A DNA stretch of 64,000 bases from Eledone cirrhosa. Lineage: Eukaryota. Below, one piece after another: positions 51,280 to 64,000 of the stretch. The first letter of the stretch is position 1; every line of letters begins with the position of its first letter. The DNA is taken from positions 32,054,001-32,118,000 of the forward strand of contig OZ024752.1 of assembly GCA_964016885.1 (NCBI GenBank), given 5' to 3'. The notes beneath the pieces are model-generated. The model was given only the letters and a program-made list of their open reading frames with translations. It ran no database searches and was not told where the DNA came from. The position numbers were made by a program, and so were the translations under genes.

Positions 51280-52193
51280 GGGTGGTGAATCGGCAGAGCG
51301 TCGGACACCATGCTTCGCACCATAGAGCTATGGCCCTTTACCGTCTGAGTTCAAATCCCGCCGAGGTAAACTTTGCCTTACGGGGTCGATAAAGTAAAGT
51401 ACCAGAAACGCACTGAGGTGAATTTAATCGACTTTCCCCTCCCCTAAAATTGTTGGCCTTGTGCCTAAATCAGAAACCCTTATATATAAACTAACGATTT
51501 TATTTATTATATATTATTTACAATTTGCATGTAGGCAGGTCTCTCTGGAAAAAGGGTTTGAGGGCCCTGAGGGTATTACATGGCCGTGAGAGGGGAGGGG
51601 TCCCCAAAAGTTTGAGAAACTCTGTTTCACAGCTTCCCATGCTTCCTATTTTTCCTTTATCTTCTTTTAATACTTATTTTATTTATTTTACTTATTTTGG
51701 CCTTCCTTATTTGAATTTTTATATTATATTATTTTACCTTTTTAAGGGCAGTGAATTGGCAGTATCGATAGAGGGCCGGACGCCTTGCTTTTGACGCATA
51801 GAGTTACGGCCCTTGGTTAATGCACTTGGTTCGAACTCAAGAAACTCACAGTTCTATTCCCCAGTGTAACTGCTGGTCACTTATTTCTCTGTCGCTAATG
51901 GTATTTTACCTGAGTTTCTATTGACAGTATCGGTAGATGCTTTGACGCATTGAGTGACGGCCCTTGCTATTTTGAGTTCAAATCCCGCCGAGGTTAACTT
52001 TGCCTTTCATCCTTACGGGGTCGATAAAATAAAGTACCAGTAATGTACTGAGTAATTCGCTGGCCTTGTGCCAATAGTAGAAACAATTATATTATTTTAC
52101 GTTTTTAATTAACATTTTAATTTTTATATTCAGTTATCGCTGTATATCTTTGCCTTTCATCCTTACGGGGTCGATAAAATAAAGTACCAGTAA
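51280..52193 (+). mobile_element. family-1 SINE copies and fragments: 51280-51482, 51745-51815, 51923-52092, 52148-52193
   Basis: Consensus motifs. Confidence 0.82.
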
Positions 52194-52194
52194 G

Positions 52195-52510
52195 TTGTAC
52201 TAGATACTTTCCCTAGTCTATCATGGCTTACTAGCTCTATACGTACGTTTAAATTTATTTTTATTTTCGTGTTCTATTATATCTGTATATCTTGTCTTTT
52301 GTTTCTCAACTGTAAGAAGTGCTAGATACTTCCCTCCTGTCATGGCTTATTAGCTCTATACGGACATTTAAATTGATATTTGTTTTATATTCACTTATCT
52401 CTGTTCATCTTTTGTTTGTTTCTCATCTGTAAGCAGTACTAAATACTTTCCCTCTTATGTCATGGCTTACTAGTTCTATACGGATGTCTAAATTGATTTA
52501 AATGAATAAA
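52195..52510 (+). repeat. ~120-bp degenerate tandem repeat x3; related single copy at ~7130-7230 (minus)
   Basis: Recurrent CATGGCTTAyTAGyTCTATACG.AyrTyTAAATT. Confidence 0.7.
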
Positions 52511-52769
52511 TAATAGAAACGTACATTTGCCCTCTATATTACAGCCTTGACTTCGCTGATTATATTTCTCAGATTTTTTCACAAATGATAAAGCTTAGTT
52601 AAGTGTAACTAGTCACGTCCCTGTTAGTGATAGTTGTCTAGATTCGAACCATGTTTTTTCAGATTCCGCTTGGCAAAGGGTGGAATCCTCTACGTATAAA
52701 ATCTGAACATATAGTCTTGAAGTGGTATCAAGAAGATGTGATTACAATCGCGAAGCGCGCACACGCACG

Positions 52770-52818
<49 letters not shown>

Positions 52819-53956
52819 GCACGCACGCACGCACGCGCGCAATTATAGATTTCTCTATATATCTATGTAAATATATATATGTGTGTTAATAGCTTTTGCC
52901 TGTGAAAAGATTTAAGTACTAACGGAGTATATGTGTTTATATGTGTGGCTGGTTGGCTGTATACGTCATTTGTGCGTTCTTTTGGTATTCTTAATTCTGC
53001 TGTGGTTGCTTCAAAATTCAATTAAAGTAGCCTGTTTAACCATCAAAAGCGAAATGAGGAACGTAGAGCTTTTGTAAATTTGTAAACTCAAGAAAAACCG
53101 AATGTGTAAAATTGCTTCTAATTATTTAAGTGATTCAAAAGTTACATGAAGAAATTAGGTTATTTTAGAAAGTATTAACGCACTGATGCACAAATTGTCA
53201 AATGACATTTAATGTCACAATTTCGAATTACATGTTTATCGTTTATTACGTAATTATTGCTACATTACTTCTAAGTTAGCTGCATTTCGGTAAGATTTAC
53301 AACATTAGTTCTGTCTTCGAGCTGTAAGACAAATTATTTCCATGTAAATAGTTGCTGAAAAATTTTACTTTTTATTTTCTATTTGTTAACTTCTTTTACA
53401 ATAATTTTCCGCTTCAGTGTTACTAAACGAACTCCTCACATAAATCAGATTTACTTGAAAAGTCTTCTCTGCTTACATTTATTTTGGTAAATTTAGTTCC
53501 TTTAACTTGCTACCTACTAAGAAATGTCTAAAGTCTGTTTCGCGTTTGAAGAATCATCAGGCCCATGCTTAACTCGATGACCGTGGTCTGAAGCGGCTCA
53601 GAGTACAAGACTCATCTACTGGACATGATGCCAATCCATTGCAAGGTTAAAGTCTGTCTAGACTCATCAGGCCAGTGCATATCTCAGTTGGCATGGCATG
53701 GAGCGACTGAGAGAACAAACTCCCCGCTGCATTATATAATTATTCATAATTGTACCTCGAGCTGGTCGATTGCGAAACGCACGTTAAGTGTGGATGAATA
53801 TATTGATATTATATTGATACTTCGTACCTGTTCCTTATTATTATGGATAATGGTGAAGAGGCAAACGTAGAATCCCACATCAGTGGTTAGATCAACATAT
53901 TAGCATTGAGTGCTCCAAAACTTTCACGCCAGTAAACTATACACTAGTGTTTTTCT

Positions 53957-54008
<52 letters not shown>

Positions 54009-54053
54009 CGTGTTTGTGTGTATGCATTTGTAAATATACATATATGCATTTGC

Positions 54054-54084
<31 letters not shown>

Positions 54085-54465
54085 TTTGATTCGAGCCTAG
54101 TGTACATGAGAACGGTCAACTCGGGCAACTCCACTTGGCATTACATTGGATCCACCGCGGGTACTTTTAAAAAAAGATGGTATGTGCATAGACTCTCGAT
54201 GAAGAACCGTGCACTTATGGGTTCTACAACCCTCGCCCAAAACATCTGGGAACTTAAGGACAATAACACCAACTACAATATCAACGGGTCGAGGTTGTCG
54301 ACCGCAAGGGCTTACAGTACTGGTATGTCCTACTGTAGGCTCTGTGATCTAGAATTACTATATATCCTTAGGAATGTAAAAAGGCTACTCAACAACAAGT
54401 TAGAAAGATCTATCTTCTGCAGACATAGGATCGCCACTAAATTCCCAAGATTTAAGCCTCCGTGA
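54085..54465 (+). pseudogene. PLE GIY-YIG endonuclease fragment (third lineage)
   Basis: LVY..TV..WHYIGSTAGTFKKRWYVHRLS..TTLAQNIWELKD..CRLCDLE..LLNNKLERSIFCRHR. Confidence 0.9.
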
Positions 54466-55274
54466 ATCGAACCGACATAACTTAGCTTTCAACTTATGAT
54501 ATCCACAATATTGCACGGACCACCACAGAATATAATCATTAAGTATTCTAGCCTTCTTAATTCTATTCCACAGTAATGTCTGCAAGTATCTTATCAACCC
54601 ATAAATATATCCCTTCTCAGCTGCTGTCAACACAACTTCTCACCCTTGACTCTCAACAAATGAACCTAAATCCCAAAACATTTTAGAATACTACTACAGT
54701 AGAACTTTACCTTCCTCCTGTTATAATTGTAGTCAGCATGTTTTCTCTTTATATATATATATAAATATATATGTATTGCCTCCTTAACCTCTGTATTAAC
54801 TTACCTATTATATTGCTACTCTGTTAATGTTATCTTATACATGTATGTTATTGATGATGTGAAAGCTAAACAACCTCATGATTCGAACTAACAATCCCTT
54901 CATCTAATATAGACCACATAAATATTGAACCCACCTCACAACACAAATATTACTATCCTCACTACAATGATAATAAATGATTCTTACGGTCACCAGACCT
55001 ACAGTAAAGGATGCGGCACATTGTTTTAAACCACCGGCTTATCTCTACACTATATATAATACACCCCATGACAGCTTTTACATGTCAATTTTATACATCT
55101 GCCTCATGTCAGCTAGTTTTACACGCTAAAGTCGTAGATATATTATGTTTCTTATTTAGATTGATGTTGTGATTATTTCAAATAATTTATTGCTAGCATT
55201 GTTAGTATTGTTGTTATTGTTCTGATTGAATGCCATTACTATATATAGTAGCGATGCCTGTATATTCATTTCAT

Positions 55275-55395
55275 TCTCGCAAGCTCCGATGAATTGACTG
55301 GTTACAACTATGTATTGGTGATCGAATGACGTGAAAACAAGCGGGTAGCGATCTCTAGACCTACCAGTTCAGAGAAACAATTGTCAGCAATGAGA
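55275..55395 (+). ncRNA. minimal hammerhead with CCGAUGA core
   Basis: TCTC..GCT-CCGATGA-..ACTGGT...ACCAGT..-GAAA-CAATTG-TC-AGC..GAGA. Confidence 0.75.
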
Positions 55396-55617
55396 TTAAA
55401 AACCTTTTTTTGTATAGCAAACCGTGTCATTCTTCTTTCCTGATTTATTATTACTCCAAGTGTTAACAACCTAGAAATCACCGCGTACTCGCAGCATCAC
55501 TATGGAAAGGCCTTGTTGAGTCACACATAGCCAAGCGATGATATCATCCACTACTCGGAGTACCCTAACTGGACTACACCTAAGTGGATTACCTATAACA
55601 ATAATCTGTTACCCCGT

Positions 55618-58800
<3,183 letters not shown>

Positions 58801-59259
58801 ATTTTTTAGCATCAGATATTTCCCGCCGTTTCCACATTTAGAATCATAATGAATTCATAATTCGGGTTGCAATAACGAACAAAGGGCCTTCGTAGGCGTT
58901 GGTAAATATTTTCCTGGTAAATAACTGAAAGTTATTTCTAGTATACAATATATCATTGGCGTTTTCGCCTCTCAAACGTAAATTAGTAAGTTGTTACATG
59001 ATGCTCCAACGATTGTAGGCTAAAGTTAGTTTATCTGGATAAAACTGCGTGAAATACGGGGATGGAGACGCGAACGTACGTGACTTCGTATGTAGCGTGT
59101 TGGACTTACAAACATAAGGACGCGTGTTCGATTCCTCAACCAGGATATGAGTTGTGTTCTTGAACGAAATACTTAATTTCACCATAATCCTTCTGCTACG
59201 AGTTGCGATCTGTATATTGTATCAGTACTGATTGTACCAGTAATTTGGGGTGGGAGGGA

Positions 59260-61855
59260 GGAAGGGGAAAGTCGATTAAATTTACCCCAGTGCATTACTG
59301 GTGCTTTATTTTATCGGTCTACGTAAGGATGAAAGGCAAAGTTAAGCTCGGCGGGATTTGAACTCAGACCGTAACTCTATGCTGCAAAGCATGGTGTCCG
59401 ACTCTCTACCGATACTGCCAATCTAAACTATAATAAAGAAAGGAGTGCGGGACTGCGTCCAGAATATATTTTTGTTATCCAGTTTGTAAAATAAGTTGGA
59501 TTACTTTGAATAAATAATAGTTTCTACTTTTGGCACAAGGCCAGCTATTACCCCAGTGTAAGGCAAAGTTAACCTCGGCGGGATTTGCACAAGGCCAGCT
59601 ATTACCCCAGGATGAAAGGCAAAGTTAACCTCGGCGGGATTTGAACTCAGAATGGCAAGGGCCGTAACTCTTTGCTGAAAAGCATGGCGTCCGACCCTCT
59701 ACCCATACTGCCAATCCATACTTTGAATAAATAATTGTTTCTACTTTTGGCACAAGGCCAGTAATTACCCAGTGCATTACTGGTACTTTATTTTATCGAC
59801 CCCGTAAGGATGAAAGGCAAAGTAAACCTCGGCGGGATTTGAACTCAGAATGGCAAGGACTGTAACTCTATGCGTCAAAGCATGGCGTCCGACACTCTAT
59901 ACTTTGAATAAATAATGAATGAATATTACATAATTTATCTACTTAATTTCCTTATTCTTGATGAAATATAAATAATTTTGTCGCTTATTTTAAGATTTAC
60001 TTTAAAATTTTCAAATGTCAACACTTCCGGTTAGCGATCGCTTAAATAAACATTCATATATTTCCGTCATTAATTTTCTCCTAATGCAGTTTATATATAA
60101 TATCGTCATTTTTTATGTATCATGGATTACGTTACTGATTACAGAAGACAGTGTAACGCAGTCTTCGTTCAATTTCTGTGTATATTGTCAAGTACGATTT
60201 TATTTGATGTATCATATCTACATGTATATATACTTGCGTATAATATCAATATGCACTCTACACATGCTAGTATCAGTAATGATGATATTGTTATATCAAT
60301 TCAATTTGACTATTGATTTTTCTTCCGCTCCCAACTTGGTACAGAAGAATCAATGGAAACTAGTGATAGTTTAATTTAACAAATAATTCTTTCAAACATT
60401 GGTACAAGCCAGTAATTTAGGGGAAATGTAGAAAATCTGATATATAAACCCCAGTACTTGACTGGTACTAATTTTGTCGATCGCAGAAGGATGAAAGGTA
60501 AATAAATAAATAATTGTCTTTATTTTCAGCTTGAATGTACGAGTTTACCTGTATTACTCAACCAATTGATTAATACAGGTAAATTTGTACATTCAAGCTG
60601 AATCGAATTACTCAAACGTTGGAGTAATGTGAATTATTTTGATACTTCTTAATATCAACGGTTTTAGTTCACTTTGTGATTGTATTTTTAATAATTGAGC
60701 CATACATCTAATAATTGTTTTTACTTTTGGTACAAGGCCATTAATTACCCCAGTGCATTACTGGTACTTTATTTTATCGACCCCGTAAGCATGAAAGGCA
60801 AAGTTAACCTCGGCGGAATTTGAACTCACATCATAAAGGGCCGTAACTCTATGCTGCAAAGCCTAGTGTCCGACCCGCTCCAGATACTGCCAATCCTCTA
60901 ATAATTGTTTCTACTTTGGGCACAAGGCCAGAAATTACCCAAGTACATTACTGGTACTTTATTTTATCGACCCCGTAAGGATGAAAGGCAAAGTTAACCT
61001 CGGCGGGATTTTGAACTCAGACCATAAAGGGCCGTAACTCTTTGCTGGAAAGCATGGCGTCCGACCCTCTACCGATACTCCCAATCCACCGCTACAACAG
61101 TATAATTGTTTCTGCTTTTGGCACAAGGCCAGCTATTACCCCAGTGTATTACTGGTACTTTATTTTATCGACCCCGTAAGGATGAAAGGCAAAGTAAACC
61201 GCGGCGGGATTTGAACTCAGAATGACAAGGGCCGTAACTCTATGCGTCAAAGCATGGTGTCCGACCCTCTACCGATATTGTCTATCCACTGCTATAACAG
61301 TATAATATTTAGAAATGTGTGTTGGTGCTCTGAAATAGCAATATATACATGAATGTACGTCTTGTATATTTAATAATACAGTGTCCGACCCCCTCCTGAT
61401 ACTGCCAATCCTCTAATAATGTTTCTACTTTTAACCTCGGCGGGATTTTGAACTCAGACCGGAAAGGGACATAACTCTTTACTGGAACGCATAGTGTCTG
61501 ACCCTCTACCGATACTGCCAATCCACCACCCTATCCTCTAATAATTGTTTCTACTTTAGGCACAAAGGCCAGCAAATACCCAGTGCATTACTGGTACTTT
61601 ATTTTATCGACCCCGTAAGGATGAAAGGCAAAGTCAACCTCGGCGGGATTTGAACTCAGATCGTAAAGGGACGTAACTATGCTGGAAAGCATGGCGTCCG
61701 ACCCTCTACCGATACTGCCAATCCACCGCCTTGTTTCTACTTTTAACCTCGGCGGGATTTTGAACTCAGACCGGAAAAGGACATAACTCTTTACTGGAAA
61801 ACATAGTGTCTGACCCTCTACCGATACTGCCAATCCACCACCCTATCCTCTAATA
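59260..61855 (-). mobile_element. dense co-oriented family-1 SINE arrays (about 10 copies)
   Basis: Copies at ~59260-59425, 59513-59720, 59728-59900, 60714-60895, 60898-61092, 61102-61295, 61380-61535, 61540-61730 and 61731-61855. Confidence 0.9.
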
Positions 61856-61954
61856 ATAGAAGTTTCCATTGCTCAGAATGACTCGCTCAATTTATATTTT
61901 TCTAAAACTTTTGATCCAAGTTATTTTTTTTAAATATAAGTATATACACGTACA

Positions 61955-62365
61955 TGGTGGCTGTCAACTCGTTTTCGAGTACGGCCACTACTTTATATCC
62001 ATGTAGGAGAACCCCTACCGATGCGCTGAACGAGTGTGACTTTTTAGTCCAGCCAGCGACTTGAAAACTCTGGTACAAACACTACACTTGTGACAATTAT
62101 TGACACATAGCGCTGGGCCCATGGTACCATGTGATGACAAGTGCAGAGAGATCTCCAGATATAAAGCAATGCCTGTGCCGTGAAGCTTTTATAGGGAGCA
62201 AAGGCACTGCACAAAGCCAGTCCCACTCTCTTAACCAAGATGATATTTACCAAAAAGAAGAACAAGTCAACACCATTGGATACCATCAGGGTTGCAGGTG
62301 TTATATCAGAGTTTTCCTTCCCCTAGAATTCTGCCTTGACAAAGGTTAAGGGGTCATCTCTCCCG
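61955..62365 (-). mobile_element. non-autonomous RTE-derived element, copy 3 (5'-truncated)
   Basis: Matches 1579-1990. Shares the same 3' end; truncated at its 5' end. Confidence 0.8.
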
Positions 62366-62602
62366 TACATACATATATGTATACAGACGTACAGTAGTAT
62401 GTATATATATATATACATACATGCACACACATATATATATATGTACGTATGGATTCACCGAACATTTATATATGTGTGCATGTATGTATATATATATATA
62501 CATACTACTGTACGTCTGTATACATATATGTATGTACGTGTACATACTTATATTTAAGTAACAGCCGTACTAAGAGTGGGAAATGAAATTTCGTTTCATT
62601 TT
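62364..62602 (+). mobile_element. fold-back element related to the family H tail
   Basis: Inverted arms ~62364-62440 / 62468-62538. Tail tttaag..cag.c.t.c.aa.agtg..gaaat(g)aaatttcgtttc resembles 31560-31620. Confidence 0.55.
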
Positions 62603-63282
62603 TTCCGTTTATTTTTTTTAAGTTCAGTGTATTTAAGTTTATAATCCGAATATGTTAACTAATTTTATTCTCGTTTAACATTTTTTCCATTGGATGCGTA
62701 ATAACGCTTTTGTTGCTATGCTTTCTGAAGCTTAAGTAACATTTATTTTATCAACCCCTCGTTGATTTCCTGCGCAGTCTTGTGTCGTCGTCTTGTGCCG
62801 CCCATAATATTTTCATAATGTGAGCCCTATGTGGCAAATAAAGAAATAATTTTCTCAAACTCTGAAGGATGAAAAATAAACTCGATCCTTGCTGTATTTC
62901 AACACAACGTAAAGTGCTGTAAATAAATACTGCAAGGAAATTCTATACAGTAGGTTCTTTATCGATATTTTTCTTACGTGATTTTTTTTTTCATTCTGTT
63001 CTGCCATCATAACATTCAGTTACAACACAAGGAAATCGTAGTTCTATTATTACTACGGTAGGTGGCAGTGTAATCGTTTGGCGGTATCTATCTTCAATGT
63101 AGAAGATAACATGTTATTGTGACATTAATACACGATTTTTTACTTAAAGAAATATCATTTACGTGAAGAATATTTTATGTTCCTGGTCTTTATATCTCAA
63201 GATCTTCTTGTTTATGTGACTATTATATACACACGTATGTATGTATGTATGTATGTATGTATGTATGTATGTATGTATGTAT

Positions 63283-64000
63283 GTGACTGTACTGGTGAAT
63301 AAATTAGAAGAATTCCCAGTGGGGATTAGTGAGCGTCTTATGTCCATGAGAGTTCCGCTGGACAAGGGAAGATATGCTACCCTGGTGAGTGTGTATGCTC
63401 CAACTATGAATTCTGTCGATGAAGAAAAACTGTCCTTTTACCATGCCTTGAAAGGTGTTTTAAGAAATATCCCTCAGGCAGACAAAGTCATCGTGCTTGG
63501 TGACTTTAATGCTAGAGTGGGTAGGGATTTTAACACATGGAATGTAATCGGAAGGCATGGGGTGGGAAAGTGTAACAGCAATGGTATGCTCTTGCTGCAG
63601 ATGTGTGAGGAGCTGGATCTGTGTGTTACCAACACCATGTTCCAACAAAAGAACAAATTCAAGACCACATGGATGCATCCTGCATCTAAGGAATGGCATC
63701 TTTTGGACTACGTCCTAGTCAGGATGCGTGACAGACAGGATGTGCGGTGTGTTCGTGTTCTTCGTGGAGCTGAGTGCTGGACGGACCACCGCCTGGTACG
63801 CGCAAAAGTGAATCTAATCACCAAACGTAAAATCCGGGCTCCTGGTGTTACCCTGCCCAAAAGATTGAATGCTGCTCGTCTTAAGGATAAAAATGTGAAG
63901 AGGACATTGGAAGAAGAGATGCAGGCTGCAGATCTTGGTGAGGATTGGCCGACCCTTAAAAAGTCGGTTTATGATGTAGGCAGACGTGTTCTGGGATTGG
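63283..64000 (+). CDS. RTE-clade (BovB/AviRTE-like) LINE ORF, AP-endonuclease domain, 5'-truncated, open to the window end
   Basis: PVGISERLMSMRVPL..SVYAPT..FY..LGDFNARVG..NSNG..TNTMF..TWMHP..WHLLDYVLVR..WTDHRLV. No stop in about 239 codons. Absent from the ORF track, probably because it has no stop in the window. Confidence 0.92.
   Translation, partial: MTVLVNKLEEFPVGISERLMSMRVPLDKGRYATLVSVYAPTMNSVDEEKLSFYHALKGVLRNIPQADKVIVLGDFNARVGRDFNTWNVIGRHGVGKCNSNGMLLLQMCEELDLCVTNTMFQQKNKFKTTWMHPASKEWHLLDYVLVRMRDRQDVRCVRVLRGAECWTDHRLVRAKVNLITKRKIRAPGVTLPKRLNAARLKDKNVKRTLEEEMQAADLGEDWPTLKKSVYDVGRRVLGL

Larger units (their letters stand above)
54085..55617 (+). mobile_element. 5'-truncated PLE: endonuclease, ~800-nt 3'UTR, family J/K pLTR
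   Basis: Continuous unique sequence between two (TA)n tracts, ending in a tail homologous to 37700-37860. Confidence 0.82.

Noticed and set aside
53535-53740. Two minus-strand CTGATGA motifs as hammerheads
   Set aside because: No pairing stems I and III; context (ATGGATTGGCATC..TCCAG, GGCCTGATGAG..CAGACTTT) looks like a SINE tail.

Overview
This is AT-rich, repeat-dominated animal DNA, intergenic or intronic. An octopus-like origin is inferred from the SINE type and the huge (TA)n tracts, and is not verified. No host exon can be supported, and nearly all long ORFs in the track ([12 protein letters not shown] runs) are microsatellite translations. Real coding remnants are all retroelements. 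There are three Penelope-like (PLE) C-terminal GIY-YIG endonuclease fragments, one carrying the CxCx5Cx5C linker I associate with the Hydra clade. There are also a PLE RT pseudogene, a stop-free 5'-truncated CR1-type RT, an inverted (twin-primed) RTE RT, and an RTE endonuclease ORF running off the right edge. Non-coding mobile elements include two families of non-autonomous RTE derivatives, about 25 tRNA-derived SINE copies and mariner-type MITEs. The most interesting layer is a dense set of roughly 15-20 short non-coding elements sitting in (TA)n tracts. They belong to several unrelated sequence families yet share one design: a minimal type-I hammerhead ribozyme (usually with palindromic stem III), an inverted partial copy, and a TACTC...TGAGT hairpin in the 3' tail. 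Core variants include U3-A8, C4 and C9. A 591-bp tandem/inverted unit with one hammerhead per monomer is a candidate retrozyme/circRNA family. All ribozyme folds were done by eye, and coordinates may be off by a few bases.
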